Of a stretch of DNA of 64,000 nt, positions 39,784-47,629 are shown in pieces. Position 1 is the stretch's first letter, and each line of letters opens with the position of its first letter. Location: positions 3,583 through 67,582 of the IMG/VR virus record IMGVR_UViG_3300032236_001244, one strand, 5' to 3'. Below the pieces are notes generated by a model. The model searched no databases and was not told the DNA's origin. It saw nothing but the letters and a program-made list of their open reading frames with translations. Position numbers and translations under genes: made by a program. The stretch is from a virus.

Positions 39784-40031
39784 GCGTATGCGCCCTTCCA
39801 CTTTTCATTGTTGGAGCAGTTACAAAGCCCGTCTAGGTGACGCTTAACGGTTTTTTCGCCACAGGCGATACCTTCCGACATCAGTACACGGGAAATCCAA
39901 TTGGACGCCTTACGAGCCTCAATCCATTCACCAAGCACAGCAAGGTCGTCCTTGTCTAGTGCGGAAATGACGGTAAGAAACTTACAAGCCGACCCTTGTT
40001 CTAGGCGTTCTTGCGCCTGTCGTAGTGACAT
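39780..40031 (-). CDS. Small Cys/His protein coupled to the phosphoesterase
   Basis: C...H..G.C.C; ATGA overlap. Confidence 0.7.
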   Translation of the reverse strand: MSLRQAQERLEQGSACKFLTVISALDKDDLAVLGEWIEARKASNWISRVLMSEGIACGEKTVKRHLDGLCNCSNNEKWKGAYA

Positions 40032-40066
40032 GGTGAAACAATAGCACTACATTCCGTAATCGGCAA

Positions 40067-40399
40067 CTACTTTTCTTCGGACTTTGTAACCGTCTTCGGA
40101 GCCGTCTTTTTTGCCGGAGCCTTTTTTGCTGGCGCTTTCTTGGCTGGAGCCTTCTTCGCAACAACCTTCTTTACGGGCTTTTCCAATTCTGGCTTTGCTG
40201 GCTCAACGGGTGCTGAAACGGGTGCGTTAAGACTTGCCATTTCCTCGGGGGTGAGGGCAACAATAAATTCACCACTTTCTAGGGCGACAATGTTGCCGGT
40301 GTGAATTTTGGTACCGTCCAAAAGGGTTCCGACCTCAACAAAAGTGTCATTGGGGGCTGGAATGGCACGGATTACACGGTGGGTGAATGTGTCTGTCAT
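40067..40399 (-). CDS. Small protein with histone-H1-like AKKAP tail
   Basis: KKAPAKKAPAKKAPAKKTAPK; follows the capsid gene. Confidence 0.75.
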   Translation of the reverse strand: MTDTFTHRVIRAIPAPNDTFVEVGTLLDGTKIHTGNIVALESGEFIVALTPEEMASLNAPVSAPVEPAKPELEKPVKKVVAKKAPAKKAPAKKAPAKKTAPKTVTKSEEK

Positions 40400-40420
40400 A
40401 CGGTTTAGCGTAGCACGGAC

Positions 40421-40460
40421 AAAGCAAAACCCCCCCACCCGAAGGTGAGGGGGTTTCGCA
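40421..40460 (-). terminator. Intrinsic terminator after the major capsid gene
   Basis: Long GC stem with cUUCGg loop and T-rich tail on the - strand. Confidence 0.8.
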
Positions 40461-40479
40461 AGACTGCGGTACTTCTGGA

Positions 40480-41460
40480 TTAGATAATGCTTGACCAGAA
40501 GTAGCCAAGGTCGGCAGCGACAACCTTGTTGTCAAAGGCGATTTCGCCTTCAACACGGTCAGCCTTCAACTCTTCCATGCGGAAGCGAGAAACACCGACG
40601 GTCGTGCCAAGACCACCCGAAACGCCCGTCCACATGAAGGTGTAGCCAGCCGAGGGGGTCATAAGACCAGGGTTGGGAGCCGTGTAGCACAGCAGGGCGT
40701 TGATACCCGTGGTGTACGAGTACGAGCCCGTGGCGCCTTCAACAGCCGAGTTGTAGACCGACTTGGCAACGAGAACACGGTCTACGCCGAACAGCGCAGC
40801 AAGCAAGTCCTCGGTCACAATCGCACCGGCTTGGGTGTACTTGTAACGGTCTACGAGCGTGGGGTGAGCCTTCAACTTCTGGAAGACAGCGTACGAGAGA
40901 ACCAAGGTGTTGGGCTCGTAGCCGGTCGTCTGAAGAATACGGGTCTTGGCGTTCTCAACATCAACAATCGGCGTTGAGTTCACATAGTCCGACCACTTAA
41001 TCGTCTGCGTGGTCGCAGGCGAGGTTGAGGTCGTACCCGTGATGTCGGTACCCCAAACGCCCGTGGTGAAGTAGTCCGAAGCCCACTGAATTTCACGACG
41101 GAGAAGGAGACGCTGAGTAACAAACTGCGTCGCTTCCATGTCGGGGTTGAGGGGGTTGTCGGCGTTCGCACGGGTCTGGTCACCAATGTCCTTGTGGAAG
41201 GCGAACACATCAGTCATGTAACTGTCGGTCGTCAAGCCGTAGCCGGAGCCAGCCGAAGCCGTACCGTCAGCACGACGCTGAGCCTCGTCACGGAACCAAT
41301 CGTCCTTCGTGTACTTGAAGTACAGGTTGGACTTCTTGTCCACGGGAATGGTGGGGAACACCTTGTCAGCAATGAAGTTGTTGGTGTTCTGAAGGTAAGC
41401 AACCGAGATGTTGGTCAAGATTGCGTCAATGTGAACATTGTTCACTGAGGGCTGTGGCAT
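40480..41460 (-). CDS. Major capsid protein (HK97 fold, lambda gpE-like)
   Basis: HIDAILTNISVAY, FIADKVFP, PSAGYTF; follows scaffold and decoration genes. Confidence 0.93.
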   Translation of the reverse strand: MPQPSVNNVHIDAILTNISVAYLQNTNNFIADKVFPTIPVDKKSNLYFKYTKDDWFRDEAQRRADGTASAGSGYGLTTDSYMTDVFAFHKDIGDQTRANADNPLNPDMEATQFVTQRLLLRREIQWASDYFTTGVWGTDITGTTSTSPATTQTIKWSDYVNSTPIVDVENAKTRILQTTGYEPNTLVLSYAVFQKLKAHPTLVDRYKYTQAGAIVTEDLLAALFGVDRVLVAKSVYNSAVEGATGSYSYTTGINALLCYTAPNPGLMTPSAGYTFMWTGVSGGLGTTVGVSRFRMEELKADRVEGEIAFDNKVVAADLGYFWSSII

Positions 41461-41479
41461 GATTTATCCTTTCTATGCC

Positions 41480-41893
41480 TTAAGCGCCACGACCGGCGTT
41501 TGCGAACGAAACGGCAGCGGTGATGATTTCGCCAGCGTTGTTACAAGCCGTCAGAGCGGTGCCAATGATGTACTTCGTGGTGTCGGTACCAAAAGCAGCG
41601 GTAACGACCTGACCGGAACCGTCCGTCATCAGAGGGGCGCCGACAGCAACGCCAGCACCGGCACGAACCTTACAAACACCCGAAACCGTAACTTCGGCTT
41701 CAAAGTTTGCCTTGGGCGTGTTCTGAAGGACACCGATACAACGGTCAGTAGCAGCCGCCGAAAGCGTAGCGCCAGGCGTGCCAGCGACAGGCGACGACAA
41801 CTTGACCAACTTGAATTGGTTAGAAAGGTCGGAGTAGTCGGCAGCAGCGACGAGCGAAATCTTTACAGCGTATGGGTTCTGTTCAAAAGCCAT
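41480..41893 (-). CDS. Capsid decoration/cement protein (DUF2190-like)
   Basis: IGVLQN.P, G..KV.AG, D..G....A, IGTAL. Confidence 0.85.
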   Translation of the reverse strand: MAFEQNPYAVKISLVAAADYSDLSNQFKLVKLSSPVAGTPGATLSAAATDRCIGVLQNTPKANFEAEVTVSGVCKVRAGAGVAVGAPLMTDGSGQVVTAAFGTDTTKYIIGTALTACNNAGEIITAAVSFANAGRGA

Positions 41894-41895
41894 GA

Positions 41896-42681
41896 TTAAC
41901 GACCCTTCTCGTTGAGGTAAGTGGTGTAGAGGTCAGGGTTCGCCTGAGCGACGCTCATAAGAGCAGCCTCAAACGAAGGAGCCGTACCTTCAGCAACAGC
42001 AGCCTTAGCGAGGTTGCTCATCTTGCTGTAGGCGTCGTCGGTCGCTACGGGAGCGTCCGAACCAACCTCGGAGAAAACGACATTGGTTTCCACGAGAGCG
42101 TTGGCGCTGTCCAGAGCCTTGACGATTTCGCCAGCGAGAACGCTGTCGGCTTCGGCAACACGGCGAAGGGCAGGGCCCACAATCGTGGGGTCAATGTTGA
42201 GGTGCGTCCAGCCAGCAGCCTTGACAACCGCAGCCTCATCAGCACGAGCGTCACGCTCGGCAATGAGGGCAGCCTCGGAAGCAGCAGCCTTACGAAGGGC
42301 AGCGTCGGCGTTAGCCGAAGCCTCGGACAACATCTTGCGGATTTGCTCAGGCATAGCCTTGATGATGTCAGCCTCGCTCGCACTCTCGGGAATGATAACT
42401 ACCTCGGGGGCAGTCTCTTCTGAGAATTCAGGCATAATTTCCTCCTGGAAATTAGTGAGGGTTTCCAAACCAGCGGTTGCTGATTTGGTTGTGTCCATAG
42501 CCTCGGTTACTACTGTCTCAGCGACAGGGGCTTCTCCGGCTTCCGGACGAAGTTCGTCAAGAACCGCAGAGGCTTCAGCAGGGGTAGCCGACTTCATTAC
42601 AACCCAACCGTCGTGAAGGTGAGCAGGACGGTCTACACCGCTTGTCTCCTTGATGTTGAGGCGTACTAACTTTCGTGCCAC
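41896..42681 (-). CDS. Capsid scaffold/maturation protein
   Basis: N-terminal IKETSGVDRPA segment like prohead-protease-associated proteins, then acidic coiled coil ending NPDLY..Y. Confidence 0.75.
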   Translation of the reverse strand: MARKLVRLNIKETSGVDRPAHLHDGWVVMKSATPAEASAVLDELRPEAGEAPVAETVVTEAMDTTKSATAGLETLTNFQEEIMPEFSEETAPEVVIIPESASEADIIKAMPEQIRKMLSEASANADAALRKAAASEAALIAERDARADEAAVVKAAGWTHLNIDPTIVGPALRRVAEADSVLAGEIVKALDSANALVETNVVFSEVGSDAPVATDDAYSKMSNLAKAAVAEGTAPSFEAALMSVAQANPDLYTTYLNEKGR

Positions 42682-42787
42682 GCTTGCTTCTTTCTCTACG
42701 ACTTGACCTATGAAAAATTACAAAGGTCTTGACATAGAGAAGAGTAGAGGCACTTTTGGAATTGTCAAGTGTTGAACTTGAGAATTG

Positions 42788-43603
42788 CTAAAAGGGGTAA
42801 TCGTCCTCGTTGGTGAAGAGTGGGCAAATGTCCTTGAAGGAACACCAATTTTCGCAAAGATTGTTGCGAATAGGCGGAAAATAGCCATTTTCGTACCAAT
42901 TTTCAATCTTCGCCCATGCCTTACGGACACGCTCTTCGGCGTATCGGACATCTTCATCAGTGACATCAATCACCAAAGTTTTTCCGAACTGAACATAGAG
43001 AAGGCGAATTTGGGTCGGGCGCTCGCCCAAAACCTTCTCGCAAAGGTAGGCGTAAATCTTGGCTGGAAGGATTGCTGAAGCCTTGTATTTATCTTGGGGA
43101 ACCTTGCCCGTCTTGTAGTCCACAATGATGAGGTTGCCGTTTTCGTCACGGTCTAATCGGTCAAGAATGCCACGCAAGGTGAAGCCACCCATGTCAAAGT
43201 CGTACTTGATTTCAATCCCCTCGCTCTTAACTTCTTGGGGGTTCTCCATAGTGAAGTAAGTGCGAATGTATTTGGAAAGGTCACGGGCAAAAGTTTGGAC
43301 GCCCATGCTGTCCAATTCCATTTCTTGGGCAATCTCTTCGCTGACCAAGGTGGGCATTAGTTCACGCATTATCTCAAGGGCGAGTTCTGGTGTGCGCTCG
43401 TGTGGTGTTTCCATGGTGCGTAGAAACATGGTTTCCAAGATTTCGTGGAATACGGTGCCACGGTAGGTAGCCATTTTCTTGCGCTCGGGCAAGCGTTCAA
43501 TGGTGGTGTATTGGTATTGGCGTGGGCAAGTCTCAATCTGACCAACACGACTAGGTGATACTCCGTACGGCTTCTCGCCTAGGTATACAGGGGTTGAGTT
43601 CAT
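42788..43603 (-). CDS. PD-(D/E)xK exonuclease (RecB/Cas4-like)
   Basis: SPS...CP, G..FH, GILDR.D, IVDYKTG, C..C....C. Confidence 0.88.
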   Translation of the reverse strand: MNSTPVYLGEKPYGVSPSRVGQIETCPRQYQYTTIERLPERKKMATYRGTVFHEILETMFLRTMETPHERTPELALEIMRELMPTLVSEEIAQEMELDSMGVQTFARDLSKYIRTYFTMENPQEVKSEGIEIKYDFDMGGFTLRGILDRLDRDENGNLIIVDYKTGKVPQDKYKASAILPAKIYAYLCEKVLGERPTQIRLLYVQFGKTLVIDVTDEDVRYAEERVRKAWAKIENWYENGYFPPIRNNLCENWCSFKDICPLFTNEDDYPF

Positions 43604-43642
43604 TCGCAAACCTTATCAGGTGCGTGTGACTAAAGCAAGTGT

Positions 43643-43912
43643 TTAAAACAAAGTTTTAAAGGTGTTGTACTTCCGTGACTTACGCAACGCCTTGTTAATC
43701 TTTTCGGCAAGGCGCATGGCGCTGTCAATGTCACGGCAGTACACGCTGAAGTCATCAATTGGAACAATTATTCCGCCCTCGTTGGAGCGACGGATAATGC
43801 GAAGTTCACCATAGTTTTTGTTTGACCACGCAATGTAGCGGTATGGCAAATCGTTGGCTTCTACCTGACCAAAATCGTCGGGTGCTGACCACTGAAGGCG
43901 ACGGTGAAACAT
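43643..43912 (-). CDS. Hypothetical protein
   Basis: TAATG-coupled ORF. Confidence 0.6.
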   Translation of the reverse strand: MFHRRLQWSAPDDFGQVEANDLPYRYIAWSNKNYGELRIIRRSNEGGIIVPIDDFSVYCRDIDSAMRLAEKINKALRKSRKYNTFKTLF

Positions 43913-44148
43913 TAAGCGTTTTCCTCAGCGTATTGCGAGAGGTGGCTGAATGGCTCCAACTCGTCAATCTTCTTGCCTGCGATTTCCAAAGCCTTGGTCA
44001 AACGCTCGTTGTCGCTTGCCAACTGCTCAATTGTCTCCTGCTGACGCAAGGCAATGTCAATCAATCTGGTGATGTCGTTCGTGTCGTAGGCGTCGTGAAC
44101 TAACGCCTTGTGAACACGCTCGGTCAATTCGTTTAGGGATACTGTCAT
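43912..44148 (-). CDS. Hypothetical coiled-coil protein
   Basis: SD AGGAG. Confidence 0.65.
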   Translation of the reverse strand: MTVSLNELTERVHKALVHDAYDTNDITRLIDIALRQQETIEQLASDNERLTKALEIAGKKIDELEPFSHLSQYAEENA

Positions 44149-44206
44149 TATTTCAACTCCTGTGTAGGGGGGTTGCCTAACTGTAGGTTATCACGCTTTA
44201 TCAGGT

Positions 44207-44599
44207 TCAACGCACTTCTCCGGTGTATTTGAGAAGTTCCGTAAATGGGCAATCCTTTTCTGGGCTGTACTCAACCTCGGTTTTTCGCCCACAATCAGCA
44301 CACTCAATCTTGAGGGGGTTGGAGACTTTGCGAACTCGCCAATCATGCTCGCAATAACGAGCGTCACCATTGTTGATGACACGAACGGTTTTCTTGTGGG
44401 GGTCACGGATAACCCGACCTTGGCGTTCCAAGTTGATAAGAAGGCGCTGAACGGTTGAGGTGGACTTGATGTCCATTGCTTTTCCAATGACCCGATACGA
44501 CGGTGGGAAGCCGTAGGACTGCCAAAATTTGCTGATGAAACGAACCGTCTCGTCGGCTTTAGTTTCAATGAATGAAGTGCCTTGGGCTTTTCCTGTCAT
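44207..44599 (-). CDS. LexA-type wHTH DNA-binding protein with Zn ribbon, no peptidase domain
   Basis: YGFPPSYRVIG....KSTSTVQR.L..LE.QG matches the LexA DNA-binding domain; CEH...CADC. Confidence 0.82.
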   Translation of the reverse strand: MTGKAQGTSFIETKADETVRFISKFWQSYGFPPSYRVIGKAMDIKSTSTVQRLLINLERQGRVIRDPHKKTVRVINNGDARYCEHDWRVRKVSNPLKIECADCGRKTEVEYSPEKDCPFTELLKYTGEVR

Positions 44600-44621
44600 G
44601 GTGATGACCATAGCAGAAAGC

Positions 44622-44639
44622 GAACAGTGTTCGCAAGTT
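44622..44639. promoter_or_regulatory. Operator-like palindrome, copy 1 (GAACAGTGTTC)
   Basis: Overlaps the -35 (TTGCGA) of the LexA-like gene promoter. Confidence 0.55.
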
Positions 44640-44641
44640 TT

Positions 44642-45208
44642 TTACCAATTGGATTGGCGAATTGGTTTGTACTGACCACTAATGGCTAGTTTGAAGGAAG
44701 GGTAGTCTCTCGTACCATACGAGAGCGTAATGGGGGAGACTTCGCACAAGTAGCCCTTAGAAGCAAGCGTATCCGCTACTGCCACAAGTTGAACTCTTGT
44801 TTTTTCTGCGTCCTGCGGTTGTTGTGGCTCAAAGCCCAATCTAAATCTGAAGTGATTGTCCGTCACAACAAGGTGATTGTCGTCGGACTTCATCATCTTC
44901 CAATTTGTCGTCATTGTGCGCCCCGTGGCATGGTTGCGAGCGGTTTGTACACTTCCGTACCAACCAACTTGGCTACCAAATTTTGAGGCTCCGTTGCTGA
45001 TAAGGATTTCTTCAATTTTCTTACCCAGCAATTTTCCGGAAGACATTGCGTTTGATTTGTCGTACTTTGTAAGACGGTACTTTTTTCTGTTTAAAAACTT
45101 CTCCGGTAACGCAGGAATGTGCGTCCATTGGTTTCCGTGAAAGTCATGTCCTAGGACATCACCCTTGGATAAGGGGTACAGGAGTTCATTGGTGGTGAAG
45201 CCGGACAT
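44642..45208 (-). CDS. KGD-tagged stand-alone protein, unknown cargo
   Basis: MSGFTTNELLYPLS-KGDVLGHDFHGNQW; leaderless TATCCT-N6-ATG. Confidence 0.8.
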   Translation of the reverse strand: MSGFTTNELLYPLSKGDVLGHDFHGNQWTHIPALPEKFLNRKKYRLTKYDKSNAMSSGKLLGKKIEEILISNGASKFGSQVGWYGSVQTARNHATGRTMTTNWKMMKSDDNHLVVTDNHFRFRLGFEPQQPQDAEKTRVQLVAVADTLASKGYLCEVSPITLSYGTRDYPSFKLAISGQYKPIRQSNW

Positions 45209-45293
45209 AAAACAAGGATACCGTACGGCAAACAAAAAAGCAATTATGCGCCTCAGCGAAGGGTCGCTACTAGAAGTGATGACCGTGGCATGA

Positions 45294-45311
45294 GAACAGT
45301 GTTCGCAAGTT
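45294..45311. promoter_or_regulatory. Operator-like palindrome, copy 2
   Basis: Identical 18-mer GAACAGTGTTCGCAAGTT. Confidence 0.5.
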
Positions 45312-45855
45312 ACTTCTTAGCGAAGTAGGCGTATTCCTTGGCTGCTCGGTCTGCTTTATCTTGGTTGTAATCAATCAACGATTGGCGTTCTGGTGTTCCC
45401 CATGTAGCCGGTTCAACCGTTGGGTCTTTAGCACGGTCTAGGTTTTGTTGGGTCTTGTACAAGCAACTTGTACCGTGTGGTGTTGGTATTTTTGTGTTTG
45501 CCACATAAGTTTTTCCAGCCTTGCTGGTGTACAGTTCAACCTTTTCATCACACATAGCGCAACGGTCACCGTGTTCCGTTGGAACAATAACCCCATGCTT
45601 GTATAAATCGTCTTGACAGTAGGTGTTCCACTTCCCGTCACGAGACTTGAAAACACCGCCCTTGAATGCTTCCACTTTGTCACCACAAATAGCACACTTG
45701 CCTGCGTAGGAGTTGAGCCTTACATAGCGGTTTGGCTTGTCTACGGGCTGACCATTAAAGCCAATAACCTGCCACTGATTTCCGTGAAAATCGTGACCGA
45801 CCACATCTCCCTTGGTCAAAGGGTAGAGCAAGGCTTCCGTGGTGAACTCTGTCAT
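45310..45855 (-). CDS. KGD-tagged stand-alone protein, Zn-ribbon cargo
   Basis: MTEFTTEALLYPLT-KGDVVGHDFHGNQW; CAIC and CAMC. Confidence 0.8.
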   Translation of the reverse strand: MTEFTTEALLYPLTKGDVVGHDFHGNQWQVIGFNGQPVDKPNRYVRLNSYAGKCAICGDKVEAFKGGVFKSRDGKWNTYCQDDLYKHGVIVPTEHGDRCAMCDEKVELYTSKAGKTYVANTKIPTPHGTSCLYKTQQNLDRAKDPTVEPATWGTPERQSLIDYNQDKADRAAKEYAYFAKK

Positions 45856-45873
45856 GGTTAAATTTTACCATGG

Positions 45874-46014
45874 CTACTTTGGGGTAGCAAGTAATGAAGT
45901 ATCGTCGTCAAGGTCGCAACGAATTGCCAAGGTGCGCTGGTGACGGTACTTGCCGTCCTCACCTTGGGCAATAGTCGCACCACAGCAAAAGCATTTTTCC
46001 TCGGGTTTTGTCAC
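45874..46014 (-). CDS. Small Cys-rich protein (46 aa)
   Basis: Hand-found GTG ORF after TGG-TATGGT-N7. Confidence 0.5.
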   Translation of the reverse strand: MTKPEEKCFCCGATIAQGEDGKYRHQRTLAIRCDLDDDTSLLATPK

Positions 46015-46052
46015 GGAAGAAACCATACCAGATGAAAGTTTCCAAAACTGCC

Positions 46053-46160
46053 TTGACGGGGGTTGATTGTGTGGTAGGCTTCGCCCGAATTCTTAGGGGA
46101 GAATGGACACAACGCTGAGAACTCGCAAAGACCCTCACTTCGGTGGGGGTCTTTGATTTA
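46053..46160 (+). ncRNA. Candidate small RNA (promoter, ~70-nt body, terminator)
   Basis: TTGACG-N16-TAGGCT with TG extension; 13-bp stem with UUCG loop at 46126-46155. Confidence 0.45.
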
Positions 46161-46433
46161 CCTAGCCGTTTTGCTTAGTTCCAATTCTTTCGCTGCTTCA
46201 AGCAAAAGTTCGGTGGTGAACTGCTTGGCAGAAAGACCGTCCTCGTGATGTGCGAGCAATCTTCCAGCGGTAATGCTGAAAGCCCATTGGTACAAATCCA
46301 ATTCTTTTCGCAAATCGGTAATGACCTGCTCTTGGTTTCGTGCCGTCAATGATAAGGCGTCGTGGTATTCAATCATTGAATTAAGAGCCTTGCGTGTTTC
46401 CGCAAGTGCCTTTTTCAATTCTGGCTTACGCAT
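46158..46433 (-). CDS. Hypothetical coiled-coil protein
   Basis: ORF packed in the operon. Confidence 0.55.
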   Translation of the reverse strand: MRKPELKKALAETRKALNSMIEYHDALSLTARNQEQVITDLRKELDLYQWAFSITAGRLLAHHEDGLSAKQFTTELLLEAAKELELSKTAR

Positions 46434-46590
46434 TGTGCTGATACTTTTCTGGGACTTCGCCACGGTATTCAGCACCGTTGAACTCTGGAGAAAAAGCAAA
46501 CTTTGCTGGGCAGTGGGTACAAGTTACCCAAGTGCTTGCGCCCAAGTTCATCAGCACCCACTTGTGTCGGTTGTTTACACACTTAGCCAT
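46426..46590 (-). CDS. Small Cys/His protein (54 aa)
   Basis: Hand-found; SD AAAGGA; C....H.W...CTHC. Confidence 0.55.
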   Translation of the reverse strand: MAKCVNNRHKWVLMNLGASTWVTCTHCPAKFAFSPEFNGAEYRGEVPEKYQHNA

Positions 46591-46762
46591 TTAGATTTCC
46601 TTTAAAGAATTGGATTACTTCGTTGTTGAAGGCGTCTGCTTCACGCTTGGTGGCAAAGTCTGGCGACATCATGACCGAGTAGTAATAGCCGTCACCGTCA
46701 CGATAGGTCTTCACATAGAAACTGTTACCCGTCCAAATGGAAACAAGTTGTGGTTTCTTCAT
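46583..46762 (-). CDS. Small hypothetical protein (59 aa)
   Basis: Hand-found ORF filling the gap between neighbours. Confidence 0.45.
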   Translation of the reverse strand: MKKPQLVSIWTGNSFYVKTYRDGDGYYYSVMMSPDFATKREADAFNNEVIQFFKGNLNG

Positions 46763-46768
46763 GGTGAT

Positions 46769-46975
46769 TTAGTACTCTAAATTTTCCATGGCGATAGCGT
46801 TCTCTTCCCACATTTCGGGCGTACCCAATCGCACCACATGGATACAAAAATCAACACCAACTTCAAACAGTCTGTTTTCCGTTTCGGTTGTCGGGTATCC
46901 AGCGTGGGTGTCACATACCTGTTCGGTACAGAAACCATTTGCTACGCCAAAGGCGAGCCATTCTTCAAATGTCAT
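46769..46975 (-). CDS. Hypothetical protein
   Basis: Leaderless TGG-TATGGT-N6-ATG. Confidence 0.65.
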   Translation of the reverse strand: MTFEEWLAFGVANGFCTEQVCDTHAGYPTTETENRLFEVGVDFCIHVVRLGTPEMWEENAIAMENLEY

Positions 46976-47011
46976 GGTGCCACCATACCAAAATTGGCAT
47001 GGTCGTGCTGA

Positions 47012-47458
47012 TTACCAACTTCTACATCTACCGTCTTGGTCGGGGACATAGTTGGGAATACCACCGTGCGCCTGAATGCGACGGGCAATGAAAACCTGCT
47101 CTTCTGGTGAAGCGTTGCCAGCGGTGGCGCCAAACTGAAGACCGCCAAATCTCACCCAAACATCATTGCGGATACCTAGCGCACCGGAGTAGGAGCGCCA
47201 GCCTTGGTGAACTTGGCTCCAATTCTTGTGGCTTTCGCACTGAGCCACTCGCTCCCACAGCGCCATGGTCTGGGCGTCCACAAGCGGTGGCACGGTCACG
47301 GGAACCGTCGTGGTCGGTGGTGCTGATTGCGTGTAGTCAATGACCGTAACCGTTTTAGGTTCGGTGGTCGTCGTGGAGCCCAAAGAGGTTTTTCCGCTCG
47401 TTATGAAACCAAGCGTGACGGTGAGGGCGAGGGCAACCCCTCGCACCACAACTAACAC
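47012..47458 (-). CDS. Secreted resuscitation-promoting-factor (Rpf)-like lytic transglycosylase
   Basis: Signal peptide, T/P linker, WERVAQCES..NW...GG...A..ASPEEQ..IA. Confidence 0.88.
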   Translation of the reverse strand: MLVVVRGVALALTVTLGFITSGKTSLGSTTTTEPKTVTVIDYTQSAPPTTTVPVTVPPLVDAQTMALWERVAQCESHKNWSQVHQGWRSYSGALGIRNDVWVRFGGLQFGATAGNASPEEQVFIARRIQAHGGIPNYVPDQDGRCRSW

Positions 47459-47629
47459 GAACCGTCCTCAGCCGAGGAACACGACACACCGTGGTGAACA
47501 CGGCTTACTGCTAATGGGTTGTTGGACACAACGCACCTTCCTTTGGTTGCCCATTGGGGTTATTAAAGTGTACCCCTTGAGGCTTGCCGAGGCAAGTTTT
47601 TAGGCATAATGCCTGATGAGGTGGTGTTT

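Noticed and set aside
41896-42681. Complete prohead protease
   Set aside because: Only a short N-terminal protease-associated segment is visible; the rest is scaffold-like coiled coil.
42788-43603. Cas4 of a CRISPR-Cas system
   Set aside because: No array or other cas genes; solo RecB/Cas4-like nucleases are common in phages.
44622-44634. Canonical host SOS box
   Set aside because: Spacer is 3 nt rather than 4; kept only as a candidate operator for the phage protein.
47460-47575. c-di-AMP (ydaO) riboswitch upstream of rpf
   Set aside because: The conserved ydaO motifs are not recognisable; only generic short stems are present.
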